This document shows positions 28,431-59,674 of a stretch of 64,000 nt of DNA, in pieces (the stretch's first letter is position 1; each line of letters begins with the position of its first letter). This DNA is from the human T2T-CHM13v2.0 reference genome, Homo sapiens. A program made the position numbers and the translations under genes. The stretch lies in the NCBI RefSeq assembly GCF_009914755.1, contig NC_060933.1. The stretch is one strand, 5' to 3'. Under the pieces are notes generated by a model, which worked only from the letters and a program-made list of their open reading frames with translations, did no database searches and was not told the DNA's origin.

Positions 28431-28685
28431 CAGTTCCTCCCAGTCTGTCAGGCCTGGGCAGCACCGTCCTGTCTCAGGACTCAGAAAGTCCAGTCCTGCG
28501 ATGGGACGGTGCTGCCCAGGGTGGGTGGCCGGGGCCTGACAGCAGTCCCCCAGGGAGTGACCACATCACCCAGGTGGGGTCCAGAGAGCCTGGCCTGAGA
28601 CCTGCCCAGTGCACTGAGGGTGTACCTGGAGCCCACTCCACCTGATACCCCCACGGCCCTTGCAGGCTCTGACTTCCTAGCAGGG
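27857..28685. repeat. ~215-bp inverted repeat pair (27857-28070 / 28470-28685)
   Basis: + ORF 27691 and - ORF 28481..28693 share TLSALGRSQ...TPWGT...PPTLGS.VPSQDWTF. Confidence 0.9.
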
Positions 28686-29384
28686 TCATTCACTCATCTG
28701 GGGCAGGGGAGTTCACCGCCCTCAGCAGCCTCCATGAAGGCCGTCCCCCCAGCCCCCCGCCCCCCACCTACACATGCACAGAGCTGGAAGGTCTATCCCC
28801 ACCACCACTCCAGAGTGCGAGAAAGGGAGAGGCAGTGGGATGGGGACTCTGTGCTTCACATGTTGGCTGAGCTAAGAGGGCCCATCTCCATCCCAGCCTT
28901 TGTCAGGGAGAGAAGGGGCTTTCCAGGGCAGACATTATCTATTCTTCACCAGGATACCCAGGGTCAAGACTTCTCCCACTTCTGAACTCAGGGTCCAGCA
29001 CTCTCCCACCCAAACTTCCACTATTTTGTGACACATGAAGTTATTCGGCTGTGGCACTTCCTGGAGCCTGCATGGAGATGTTCAGCCCTGTGACATCTCT
29101 GCAAACCTTCTCCCTATAGTTGCATAAAGTTTGAGGTGGACAGTAAGTAGTGGAAAGATGGGTTGAACCTTATTTCAGAGTGGGATCTTCATAGGTTTTT
29201 CTCATCTTGTTTTTAGAATTTTTTGTTGTTTGTGTAAAGATGGTATTACGGAAACATAAGGTTCAGTGAAGGAACTCAGGATGAAGGTGGGCTTACAGCA
29301 CCGCTGTCAGCCTCCCTCCATGTCCTGTTGCTTCTAGAAACCAAGCCCACACCAAGCACAGCACAAATAAAAGCCATCACCCTC

Positions 29385-29410
29385 TTATGAATAAAAAACC
29401 GTATATATTG
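29385..29410 (-). terminator. Candidate SPATA31C2 polyadenylation region with variant signal AATATA (29409-29404)
   Basis: no minus-strand AATAAA near the stop; AATATA followed by U/GU-rich downstream sequence. Confidence 0.45.
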
Positions 29411-29573
29411 TGGAATATTAAATGTTCTGCGTGTACTAACATGAGAGAAAATACTTTTCCTCTACATAGAGTGAATTTTTTCTTGGTGACTTGTTTTTCT
29501 CTAGGGAAGGCTAAAAAGGAATTTGTGACTGACCAAATTAGATACCTCCCTGAAAAAGACAGTGCCTTGGTCA

Positions 29574-32909
<3,336 letters not shown>

Positions 32910-33048
32910 CTACCCCTCGCCCCAGGGCTTTACTCCCATCCTCTGTCCCCCTGGTCTCTCCATCCCAGGTCAGCTCCAGGCTGCCTGTGGCCCTGGGGTC
33001 ACGTCCCAGCCCTGGTAGGAAGGACGCAGGGAAGGGGAAGTGCCTCAC

Positions 33049-33109
33049 CTCTGCAGTTGTGAAAGCAGGTCCCAAGTCTCCTCCAGGCCTCTCGGGCACT
33101 CTCTACAAG
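33049..33109 (-). CDS. SPATA31C2: SPATA31C2 exon 3 (ACRECPRGLEETWDLLSQLQ)
   Basis: acceptor gatttccag|CTT, donor GAG|gtgagg; 61 nt; phases match flanking exons. Confidence 0.9.
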
Positions 33110-33599
33110 CTGGAAATCAGACCGGGTTAGGGCAGTGAGGGAGGGGCTTGGGATCTCACAGGAGGCTGAGTGTATGTTTCTTTAGGGAAGACCATGGGGA
33201 ATTAGACCCTGGAACCCACCCATCTGTGTCCAAAGCCACATGGCCCCGACGGTAATAGCAAGGCATAGAGGACAGGGCTTTGTCATTCACAAAGGGCTTC
33301 CACACACAGACCCTCCACCCCCACGGTCCTCACAACTGCCCTGTGAGGAGAAAGGACTGGGGTGGTCTCAGAGAGGAATCAGCCTTAGCAGAGTTGAACA
33401 GCTGTTCCCAGGGAGCGGGAGGCCCCTCACCCCCCTCCGCATCCAGGCAGGCATTGGTCTCCCCAGGACACACACACTGCCCCCTGCTGGGTAACGCTCA
33501 GTCCCTGGCCCACCATGGCTTCATTCCGGCGGCACAGAATCTGAGAAGGACCCAGGGTTCTGATTTCCTTCCTAGGAGCCCCCACCTCAGGTTTTTTCA

Positions 33600-34240
<641 letters not shown>

Positions 34241-34793
34241 CACACAAACACACACGCACACACACAGGGATTTTCAATATGAGGTCCACCATGGACGCCA
34301 TCAGTCCCTGTTCCTCTGCTCCAGGAACACCCAGGCTCAGGCCCGCAGGCACCACTGAGCTGTCAGGTAGCATTCTGCTTGCCAGGAGACCAGAGGAGAT
34401 GCCAGGCCCCGGTGGGAGGCCCTCGGGGGCCCAGCACAGGCCCCATATCACCCCACACAGAAGAGGCTGGGTCCCGAGCCACCTGCCCCAGGAAGGGACT
34501 GATGAGCCAGGGCTCAGGGCCTGGCCTCGGACAGAGACCTCCCCCGTCTCATGACCAGAGACCTCCCCCGTCTCATGACCGGTCCTGGCCGCTGAGCCCA
34601 CGGGTTTGATTTTGCCTTCATGCCTCCTGCGCTCCCCCACAGATGGACTGAGAGCTTGGGATGGAAATCCCAGTACACGATCTACCCCTACCAACCCCTG
34701 GCTGCCCTGCCTCTCCCTGGAAGCATGCTGTTCTGGTCTCTCCTGAGACTTCCCATCGCAGAAGTCTCCACTGGATTTGGAAAGGTGGAACTA

Positions 34794-35117
<324 letters not shown>

Positions 35118-35555
35118 TCACAGAGCTGGGGCTTCACATCACAAAGGGCTCCTTTGTTGGGGAGGGGCAGTAGGAGGGGGAGGCCGAAGCACAGCCCCTC
35201 CCCACCCTCCAAGCCGGGGATCCCTTCACCCTCCCGCCTTCCAGATCCTTCCTTCGCACTAAGTTTTGTCAGTGATAGAACTCAGCCAGTTTTCTATTCT
35301 TTCTCCCTGGAACACAGATATTACCTGGTTCCTTTTATCTATTGGAGTCGGTGGCTTGAGGTTACCTATTTCATAGCCTTTGAAAATCTGTAGTTGACTC
35401 TGAAATTTTGGCTATGTACCAGGGATTTTTATTTTCAGAATCTCGTTCGTCCTCAACTCCGGCTTTCCCACACAATGTTTTTGTCTTCTGTGAATCCAGG
35501 GACAAAATGTAAATTTCTTTTACTCTTATTTAGTTTTGCAAATTTTGAATAGTAA

Positions 35556-36315
<760 letters not shown>

Positions 36316-36787
36316 TGCTGTCTTATTTTAATGTCTCTCTGGGCTTGATAATTTAAAAGGACTGGCATTCCTCTGATGAAAGTTATTTTATTTTCTCATT
36401 TTCCATCAATCTATCCTGTTCAGTGAAATATCGGTTCGTGCCTTTAGCCCATTTTCTAATTGGCTTGTTTTTTCTTGTTGTCGTTGTTGACTTTTGAAAA
36501 CTTTAAACAATATTCTAGATATGAGCTCCTTGTCAGATATGGTTTATCAGGTGTGGTTTGCACTTTTCTTCCAGTTTTTACCCTGTCTTTATTAACAGGC
36601 TCTTATGCAGGGCAAAAGTTTTAAATTTTGATAACATCCAATTAATAAATTCTTAGAATTGATTGTGCTTTTCTGGTTCATGTCTAATAATTATTCATCA
36701 AGTCCTAGGACCTGAAGAATTTCTCATTAAATTTCATATTTTTACATTGAGATGTGATCTTTTTTTTTTTTTTGAGATGGAGTCTTC

Positions 36788-37125
36788 CTCCATCTTCATA
36801 TCTGACCACCATTGGTATCTAATTGGTTTTCTTATTGTCTACCATCCCCAGGTGATATCTGATCACTCTGGCATGGCTTCAGCAAGAATTCTGTGAGGTC
36901 AGTTTAGCCAGATTCCCTCCTATTAGTAATTTTCCATACACTACCACCCCTCCACCCTGCTCTGTGGCTATAAAATTTCTATTCAGAGGGAAACCTGAAT
37001 ATATGGAAACTGGAGATTACTGCAAGACCCTATTGCAGTAATCTCTATATCTATTGCAATAATCCCTCTGAATAACGTTTGTCTTACTATTTTTTAACAG
37101 GTGTCACGAATAGTTTTTTCTATAA
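36788..37125 (+). mobile_element. MER31-like ERV1 LTR fragment; duplicated at 40282-40620
   Basis: cagcaagaattctgtgaggtcagtttagccaga...ggctataaa...ttaacaggtgtcacgaata. Confidence 0.65.
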
Positions 37126-37388
37126 TACAGCTCAACAAAACAAGTCTGAAATAGAAGAATAAAGTGGGAGGAATTATTCTACCCAATTTTTTAACTTTTT
37201 ACATAGCTACAGAAATCAAGACAGTGTGGTATTGGCAGGGGGACAGACAGTTCAATAAAACAGAATTGAGAACTCAGAAATAGTTCCATACAAGTACAAC
37301 CAACTGACTTTTGAAAAAAGTGCAATATCGGTTCAATAGTACAGTGGTTCTGGAGCAGTTAGATACCATAGACAAAACAATAACCTCA

Positions 37389-37705
<317 letters not shown>

Positions 37706-38283
37706 TAACACACAAACACACACGCACACACACAGGGATTTTCAATATGAGGTCCACCATGGACGCCATCAGTCCCTGTTCCTCTGCTCCAGGAACACCC
37801 AGGCTCAGGCCCGCAGGCACCACTGAGCTGTCAGGTAGCATTCTGCTTGCCAGGAGACCAGAGGAGATGCCAGGCCCCGGTGGGAGGCCCTCGGGGGCCC
37901 AGCACAGGCCCCATATCACCCCACACAGAAGAGGCTGGGTCCCGAGCCACCTGCCCCAGGAAGGGACTGATGAGCCAGGGCTCAGGGCCTGGCCTCGGAC
38001 AGAGACCTCCCATCTCATGACCAGAGACCTCCCCCGTCTCATGACCAGAGACCTCCCCCGTCTCATGACCGGTCCTGGCCGCTGAGCCCACGGGTTTGAT
38101 TTTGCCTTCATGCCTCCTGCGCTCCCCCACAGATGGACTGAGAGCTTGGGATGGAAATCCCAGTACACGATCTACCCCTACCAACCCCTGGCTGCCCTGC
38201 CTCTCCCTGGAAGCATGCTGTTCTGGTCTCTCCTGAGACTTCCCATCGCAGAAGTCTCCACTGGATTTGGAAAGGTGGAACTA

Positions 38284-38607
<324 letters not shown>

Positions 38608-39045
38608 TCACAGAGCTGGGGCTTCACATCACAAAGGGCTCCTTTGTTGGGGAGGGGCAGTAGGAGGGGGAGGCCGAAGCACAGCCCCTCCCCACCCTCC
38701 AAGCCGGGGATCCCTTCACCCTCCCGCCTTCCAGATCCCTCCTTCGCACTAAGTTTTGTCAGTGATAGAACTCAGCCAGTTTTCTATTCTTTCTCCCTGG
38801 AACACAGATATTACCTGGTTCCTTTTATCTGTTGGAGTCGGTGGCTTGAGGTTACCTATTTCATAGCCTTTGAAAATCTGTAGTTGACTCTGAAATTTTG
38901 GCTATGTACCAGGGATTTTTATTTTCAGAATCTCGTTCGTCCTCAACTCCAGCTTTCCCACACAATGTTTTTGTCTTCTGTGAATCCAGGGACAAAATGT
39001 AAATTTCTTTTACTCTTATTTAGTTTTGCAAATTTTGAATAGTAA

Positions 39046-39270
<225 letters not shown>

Positions 39271-39480
39271 TAGTAGAGACGGGGTTTCACCGTGTTAGCC
39301 AGGATGGCCTCGATCTCCGGACCTTGTGATCTGCCCGCCTCTGCCTCCCAAAGTGCTGGGATTACAGGCATGAGCCACTGCGCCCATCCTTCTATCTCAC
39401 TTTCAATCAAAGGGACCTACCCACATACAATTAAGATTTTTTAAAAATTCTATTTATGTACTTATGTAATTTTATTTTAA

Positions 39481-39711
<231 letters not shown>

Positions 39712-40920
39712 TAGCCAGGATGGTCTTGTTCTCCTGACCTTGTGATCCGCCCGCCTTGGCCTCCCAAAGTGCTGGGATTACAGGCGTGAGCCACCGTGCC
39801 GGGCCTGCTGTCTTATTTTAATGTCTCTCTGGGCTTGATAATTTAAAAGGACTGGCATTCCTCTGATGAAAGTTATTTTATTTTCTCATTTTCCATCAAT
39901 ATATCCTGTTCAGTGAAATATCGGTTCATGCCTTTAGCCCATTTTCTAATTGGCTTGTTTTTTCTTGTTGTCGTTGTTGACTTTTGAAAACTTTAAACAA
40001 TATTCTAGATATGAGCTCCTTGTCAGATACGGTTTATCAGGTGTGGTTTGCACTTTTCTTCCAGTTTTTACCCTGTCTTTTTATTAACAGGCTCTTATGC
40101 AGGGCAAAAGTTTTAAATTTTGATAACATCCAATTAATAAATTCTTAGAATTGATTGTGCTTTTCTGGTGTCATGTCTAATAATTATTCATCAAGTCCTA
40201 GGACCTGAAGAATTTCTCATTAAATTTCATATTTTTACATTGAGATGTGATCTTTTTTTTTTTTTTTGAGATGGAGTCTTCCTCCATCTTCATATCTGAC
40301 CACCATTGGTATCTAATTGGTTTTCTTATTGTCTACCATCCCCAGGTGATATCTGATCACTCTGGCATGGCTTCAGCAAGAATTCTGTGAGGTCAGTTTA
40401 GCCAGATTCCCTCCTATTAGTAATTTTCCATACACTACCACCCCTCCACCCTGCTCTGTGGCTATAAAATTTCTATTCAGAGGGAAACCTGAATATATGG
40501 AAACTGGAGATTACTGCAAGACCCTATTGCAGTAATCTCTATATCTATTGCAATAATCCCTCTGAATAACGTTTGTCTTACTATTTTTTAACAGGTGTCA
40601 CGAATAGTTTTTTCTATAATACAGCTCAACAAAACAAGTCTGAAATAGAAGAATAAAGTGGGAGGAATTATTCTACCCAATTTTTTAACTTTTTACATAG
40701 CTACAGAAATCAAGACAGTGTGGTATTGGCAGGGGGACAGACAGTTCAATAAAACAGAATTGAGAACTCAGAAATAGTTCCATACAAGTACAACCAACTG
40801 ACTTTTGAAAAAAGTGCAATATCAGTTCAATAGTACAGTGGTTCTGGAGCAGTTAGATACCATAGACAAAACAATAACCTCAATCTAACCTCATGTCTTT
40901 ATTAAAAAAAAAAAGGATCA

Positions 40921-41254
<334 letters not shown>

Positions 41255-42002
41255 TTAATGAGAAATTCTTCAGGTCCTAGGACTTGATGAATAATTATTA
41301 GACATGACACCAGAAAAGCACAATCACACACCTGTAATCTCAGCATTTTATCAGGACAAGCTTTCTCTCCGGAGTGAAAAGGCGAGTTAATTTATCACAA
41401 ATCAAACAACGTTAAATAACTAGCCTTCAAGAGCTGAGATAAAGAATATGTGCTGATGCTGAGCATATTGGGTTGGGTTCCCCTGAAAAGCAAGGGCTGA
41501 GCCAAAGGAATGCAGGTAATTCCAGAGAACAGAAATGGAGGACTGCAACAGGAAAGGATGGGAAGGTAATACAGGGTGAATTCTCAAGTGACTCGTTTCA
41601 GGCACCTAGTGCCACTGTCTGTGGAATCTTGGTGTTTCCATCAGCTCCTGTTTCCCAATGACCTGTAAGATGGTAACACCCTCACGTTCCATGGGTGCCA
41701 GAGAGCTTCCCGCAGTGTTCTCAAGCCCTGGGAGAGAAGTCTGGTCTACACCCTGCAGTGGAGGCCAAGTACAGTGTACACAGTTGGGTCCTGCCTGCCT
41801 GAGGATCGCTGCTGGAGATGTGTGCAGAGAGGATGGGAGGGGTAGGGCACTATGAATTAGACATCTAATCCAGGAGAGCATTTTCATTTGCACAAGGTGA
41901 TAACCAACCTGAATTGAAAGAGTAAGGATGTAAGCTAGACGTTAGGAAACGCTCCCAAGCTTAGCAGATAGGAGGTACTGACAAGAATTAGTAACAAAGA
42001 AA

Positions 42003-42327
42003 GGTCCAGGTGCAGTGGCTTATGCTTGTAATCCCAGCATTTTGGGAGGCTGAGGCAGGAGGATCACTTGAGGTCAGGAGTTTGAGACCAGCCTGGCCAA
42101 CATGGTGAAACCCTATCTCTACTAAAAATACAAACATTAGCTGGGTGTGGTGGTGGGTGCCTATAATCCCGCCTACTCGGGAGGCTGAGGCAGGAGAATT
42201 GTTGAACCTGGGTGGTGGAGGTTGCAGTGAGTAGAGATTGCCCCACTGCACTCCAGCCTGGGTAACAGAGTAAGACTCTGTCTCAAAAATAAAAAATAAA
42301 ATAAAATAAAAATAAATAAATAAAATA
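42003..42327 (+). mobile_element. AluS with (AAAAT)n tail
   Basis: consensus. Confidence 0.92.
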
Positions 42328-42489
42328 ATGAAGAAAGGATGGGTGACTTCCCTGCAGACTTCACTGACAGTACTCAAGAAAAATCTTTCTGCAATGATAG
42401 GCCCTGGATGGAAGAAGGAGGAGACTGCCCCAGACACTCTTGGCATACCAACGTTCTGAGAGTTTGGTTCTAACTGTTCGAACTATGTA

Positions 42490-42592
42490 TTTCCTCTTTC
42501 TTCCCTCCCTCTCTCCCTTCGCCCCTCCCTCCCTCTCTTCCTTCCTTCCTTCCTTCCTTTTCCTTCCTTCCTTCTTTCCTTCCTTCTTTCTG
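42490..42592. repeat. (CCTT)n-type pyrimidine microsatellite
   Basis: direct reading. Confidence 0.85.
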
Positions 42593-43164
42593 TCCCCACA
42601 CAGCTCTTCAGTCCTGTTACATCAGTTTTCTTTTCTCTGCTAAGTTGTATTCTGAATTCTATTCAATTTAAACTCAAATTCCTAATAGAAAGTAGAGCAA
42701 TACCTGGATATCTGTTCTTAATACATCGTTTGAGGTGGGGAAGGCAGGTATTTAATTTGATTTATTCACCAGTAAGTGGCACTGAAAATAGTCATTGGTG
42801 GAAAAATCAGTTTTTCTTATTTTCAGCATAGAGATTATTTTAATGTGAAATTCATTCCTTTTATAATTATAAACCATTTGATTTAGACCAATTATTGATC
42901 AAAATTAGACATTTTAAATATTGCTGATGTAGTTTTTAGTCCTATATAATTTCATGATATTTTCCACATATTAAACTCTCTCAATTCAAATAATTTGGGT
43001 ACATTTTGGAAATTCCCATGTAATGTAATATGTCACACATGAATTTTATTTATGAATATAATGTTTAAATATCATAATAATCTAGAGAAACAAGTGAGAA
43101 GAATGACAGACAAGAAAAAGCAAAAACAAATCTATGGTCATAAAAGTATAAATATTCACATTCA

Positions 43165-44405
<1,241 letters not shown>

Positions 44406-44642
44406 TCAAACTCATTTTAAAATACATATTCTGCATGGCAAAATAAAACGAAACAACATAACCCCAAACACACACATCTGCTGACTTTCATAGTCAATAC
44501 TAGGGAATTAGCTGAAGCGGGACAAAAGATACATACACATATGCCTTTGGCATCCAGATAGACAAGCTGGGTCTGTTAGGCATTAATAGGGAGCTCTGGA
44601 AACTGCAGTCTACTGCAGAGCACGCGCCACACCCAGATAATC

Positions 44643-46070
44643 TTTTTTAAAAATCTGTAATTAGCTTTATTAACAGTGTAACATTTTCATGAATTCTTAA
44701 ATTTTGTTTTAATTTTCACAATATTACAGTTTAAAATATACAGTTTAATAACAAGCATGTTAATTCAAATCAACAAATATTCAAGCCTACATGAAAGAAG
44801 AATGAAATGAGATTACCTTTTTATATAATCAGCTGAATTCTTTTTAAGGGCAAAAAGTTAATATTGGTATTTAAAAACCTACATTTCCAATGTTTCTGCT
44901 GGCCATCCAATCCAACCATATGTATATTACTTAGGCCACAGGACTGCCCATTAGTCTTTCCTGTCAGAGAGCAATTAGCCTCTGAATCATTTTTGCTCAG
45001 CACCAGCTTTCTCTATAAATAAATTTGGATGGGCCAGGGAATTGTCATCTTGGTATTTGATAGAAGTAGGGATGCTGCTCAGTTGTATTTCGTTTTCAGT
45101 ACTGGGTGGATCAACACCTGCTAATGTTGGTCCTGATGTTGAAGTTGCACGTTTCGCTTCACCAGATTCCACTAACTTTTTGACTTCTTAATTGATCTGA
45201 ATGTCTGCTGAACAAAGGAATCACTTTCAACAGCTTCCATTTCTTTCACTTTTTTCACTTGTTCTACCAGGGTGGCGTGGTCTTCCTCCTTTCTTCTCTT
45301 TGCTTCTTCCTCATTTCTTTCTTTGGATTTCAATGCTTCATCAGCTTTTGCAGCAGCTTCAAGAACCAGCTGTATTCTGGCTTTGGCCTCTTCAGCTGGT
45401 GGCAGATGGTTTAATCCAGCTTTGATGTTTCCAGATTCCAGATTTGATGTTATGTAATCCTTGTCCTTCCCTTAATCCTTCCCCTTTTCTCTTTATCTCT
45501 GACTTTACGTTGTTCTTTATCCCGAGACCAACTATGCATTCTTCTGTGGCTGGACCTTTCACTGCTCCGACTGTGAGAACACAGACAAGGCCTTGACCTA
45601 GATCTTCTTATTCTGCTTTTTGACCTAGACCTCTTAACTCCATAGGATTTCTCTCCATCCCTTGAACGACTTCGAGTTAGTTTCCTTCTAGAGCCATGAG
45701 AGCTACTCCTTGGTTGATGCCTGCATCTTCTATCATAAGAATGCGAATAAGGCTGAAGATCTCTGGACCAAGATTTTGACTTTGATCTTGATTTCCTTCC
45801 TTCTTTCTTTCACCTGTATATTCTACTATCTGAAGAACTCCTCGATGAGGACCATCTACAGTGCTTTTTTTTTTCTATCTCTCTGTCTCTCAGTTCTGCT
45901 TTCTTCTACAGTATTTGATGACTGGCATCCCATTTCTATAAGCTGGGTCCAGAACTTTGGGCTCACACCTTCCTTTGACGTGCAAGTGCCACAGACCCTG
46001 AGATGTTTCTTCAGATCAGGGTGCCGCTGGCATCCACTGAACTTGCTTCAGTTTAAGCTGAGCACCTTCC
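44643..46070 (-). pseudogene. Processed pseudogene of RSRC1 (Arg/Ser-rich coiled-coil 1); CDS remnant 45933-44931
   Basis: intronless; [23 protein letters not shown] and ...MGSPVA* match the recalled RSRC1 C-terminus; RS-rich N-terminus from ATG 45933; premature TGA at 45812-45810 and 44989-44987; AATAAA at 44671-44666 with poly-A remnant 44648-44643. Confidence 0.88.
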
Positions 46071-46809
46071 TGAGAATCATTTCATTTTATCTTTCATTCT
46101 GTAGTGAGAAGAGGCTTCAGCATGAATAGTCTAGGGACATGCAAGATGTATAAAATAGAATGGAGTTGTGAATTAGGTTATATGAGGGAGAAATTTATAA
46201 AAAATATAAAGCATTGTAAAGACAAATGCATGTTACACAAAACCAGGAGACCACTTCATTTTAAGAGGTACCTGCTGGTCTCAGAAGCTTTAAGTGATTT
46301 ATAATCTAGTCAACAATAAGTGGCAGATGAACTGAAAATATATTTGCATGAAGTTCTTAGTTCAGAGGTAAAGCTAGGATGCTATGCATGGCAACACTGG
46401 AAGGGAAAGAGCTTTTGAAATCCAGGTCTGGGCATTTGCTCTAATCAGAGGTCAACATCTTCTCTGCCCTCATAACCCACTCCCCGCCAGGGGTCCTGTC
46501 TCCTAGACCACACATTAGCAGATATAATATCTGTCATTCTGGTTTCTCATTCTCTTTCCAGAAAAATCCAGACATGATTTTATTGCAAGATGGAGAGAAA
46601 AGGAGACAGCATCACATGTCTTATATTAGTCACAAAAACTGGATGGGTTTTATTTCAGGCGCTAATTCTTTTGAGAACACAAGGGAAACTTTGATCTTAA
46701 TCTATTTGATGTGGTTTTAAGTAAAGGAGCATCTTGTGCTTACTTTGAAAGTGTTTTTTTACTTCGGGCTTGGTCAAATATTACATTTTGTTCCAGAGAA
46801 AAACTCATT

Positions 46810-46940
46810 TGGAAGGCAGCATGGAGTATAGAATTAGACATCCCTGGGCTTGAAGCCCATCTCAGCCATGAACTACCTTTATGACTTTCAGCTAGTTACT
46901 TTTCCTCACTCAGCTTCAGTTTCTTCATTTATAAAGCAAG
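46810..46940. mobile_element. MIR fragment
   Basis: agttacttttcctcactcagcttcagtttcttcatttataaa core. Confidence 0.6.
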
Positions 46941-47424
46941 TGCCTCAACATCGCTTTTTGACTTTCTTAATCTTGTCTACGCATCTACAAGTAGCCCTTT
47001 TATTACTGATTTTTAACTACTCCTGGCCATTGGAATGACCGAGAAGCCCATGTCTCATTCTCAGACGGGGGATTTTGATTCTAATGACAGTCATGGTTGA
47101 GAGTCCACTGTGTTAAAGTCTCTTCATTTGAAGCATCTGATGTGAATTCTATTTTCTGCTTAAACCCCAGACATAGATGTTAAGTTTCAAAATTATGTCG
47201 TACATTCACTCCCACTACATACTCATTGAATGCTTACCATGTACAGACTCTGTGATAGACTATGGAAATACATAGAAAGAAATTCCCTGTTTTTAAGAAC
47301 TTTACCTAGTGTTTAGAAATTGCATTTAAAACTGATAATTAAAATACTATAGACCTTGGCTTAAAGGATGCACCTTGTAATCTGTAATCATATTTGTAGT
47401 TATATATTGCTTTGAAAATACACT

Positions 47425-50095
<2,671 letters not shown>

Positions 50096-50710
50096 AATAT
50101 ATGCTGCAGAAGTATCACAGGCTGCATTTGATAAAACTACTTCTCATGAGTATCTAAAACTTTTTAAAAATTACTAATAGAATCTTATTGATTAGAAATA
50201 ATAAAATATAAAAGTAATAGTGGGGCAAGGAAGCATTAGCGGTCCTTTGCTTCCCTTTGGAGTAGGAAGCCATCGTGTGTTCTGGAGGCAACAATGTTCA
50301 GAGGCAAATTGCAACTTGTTTGGGTTGTGCCTTAGCTTTCCTATTGAGTACAAATGTTCCATCCAAATGCATGGGTAGAAATTTTGCCCCGAATTTAGTT
50401 TTTGGAATTACTAGTAAGACTAATTCACACAGGCTTCTTGAAGTTGGAACACACGTAAAACAGGTAAGATGATTTTGGGGAAGGTTTCATGAAAGTCTTT
50501 CCATACAGACTTTATTTTCCTCAGCTGCAGACAAGGGAGACAGAATAGATGATGTGGAAGATTCCTCTTAACTCAAATTATATGAATGATTGATATTCTG
50601 GGCACAGTAGGAAAAATAATGTAAAATATCTTTATGAGATAATGAGTTTTGTACTTGAGTTATCACTCAGGAATGGAATATAAAATTTCTCATTACCCAA
50701 TCCCTGAAAA

Positions 50711-50910
50711 GCAGGGGTTGGCAAAGTTTTTCTGTAGAAGACTTGATAGTAAATATTTTGGGTTTCGTGGACTCTACTGTCCATCACAGCTATTCAACTC
50801 TTCTATTGTATGAACACGCCATAGACAATACATAAATGAATGAACATCACAATGTTTCAATAAAATTTTATTTACAAAAACAGGCAAAGTGGGCTGTAGT
50901 TGGTCAACGT
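50711..50910. mobile_element. MER58A-like hAT-Charlie DNA transposon
   Basis: caggggttggcaaagtttttctgtaga...gtaaatattttgggtttc...aataaaattttatttacaaaaacaggc. Confidence 0.75.
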
Positions 50911-51689
50911 CTTTTAGGCACTGAAACAATATGTTAGACCAAAGTCAAAAGAAAAGGAGAAATGGAGAAAGGGGGAAAAGAAAGAAAAAAGGAAGGAGAG
51001 AAGGAAGGAAGGAAGGAAGAAAAAAGGAAGGAAGGAAAGAAGATAAGTCACAGGTGCCTTATAGTGTTCATTCACTTAATCACTTTTTCCCATGGCAAAT
51101 ATTTTAAACTTATATTTTCAGGCACTGTGCTAAGCACTCGAGATTTTTAAAAGAGAGAGTGATAAAAAGTTGAATAAGAGAGTCCCTGCACTCAAGATGC
51201 ATATGGGCTAGAAGGGGATATATTCATGTAATAATAATCATAATAAGTAGATGCACTGAGACCTCCCCAACAACCCCAAATAAGCATGATCCTTACCTGC
51301 TACCCAGGTATGCCTGAAATCATAAATGGCAGTCATTTAGAAGCTACACGCTTTTGTTTTGCTGAGTAGGGTGTGAAAAGTACAGGCAAGAATTGAGTTC
51401 CCGTGTGTCCATGGGCAATGATGTGGATTTTAGAGGTTATGCTGGGTGGAGGTGAGGAGGAGACAAGAGGTGAGAAAACTGATAGAACCATGGGAAGAAA
51501 CATGGAGCCAATGAGAAGGATTGCGATGAGGCTTCTTAACTGTAGTGTGCAATACGGATTCTCCTGTCCTTCTCGCTGGAAAACATCAGCACACCATTCG
51601 TATGCTGTGAAGTTAGAACTGTCTTGGGGAATTAAAAGAAAGTGCTCATGTGGGCTCAGAGCAGCTAGGGGGAAAAGACATAAGAGGTC

Positions 51690-59135
<7,446 letters not shown>

Positions 59136-59144
59136 ATGGTTCTT

Positions 59145-59674
<530 letters not shown>

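Noticed and set aside
27691-28693. 220-aa ORF and the similar reverse 70-aa ORF as a gene pair
   Set aside because: Similarity comes from the DNA inverted repeat in intron-like sequence; the longer ORF has a non-ATG start.
45710-46129. 139-aa + strand ORF
   Set aside because: Antisense to the RSRC1 pseudogene; non-ATG start.
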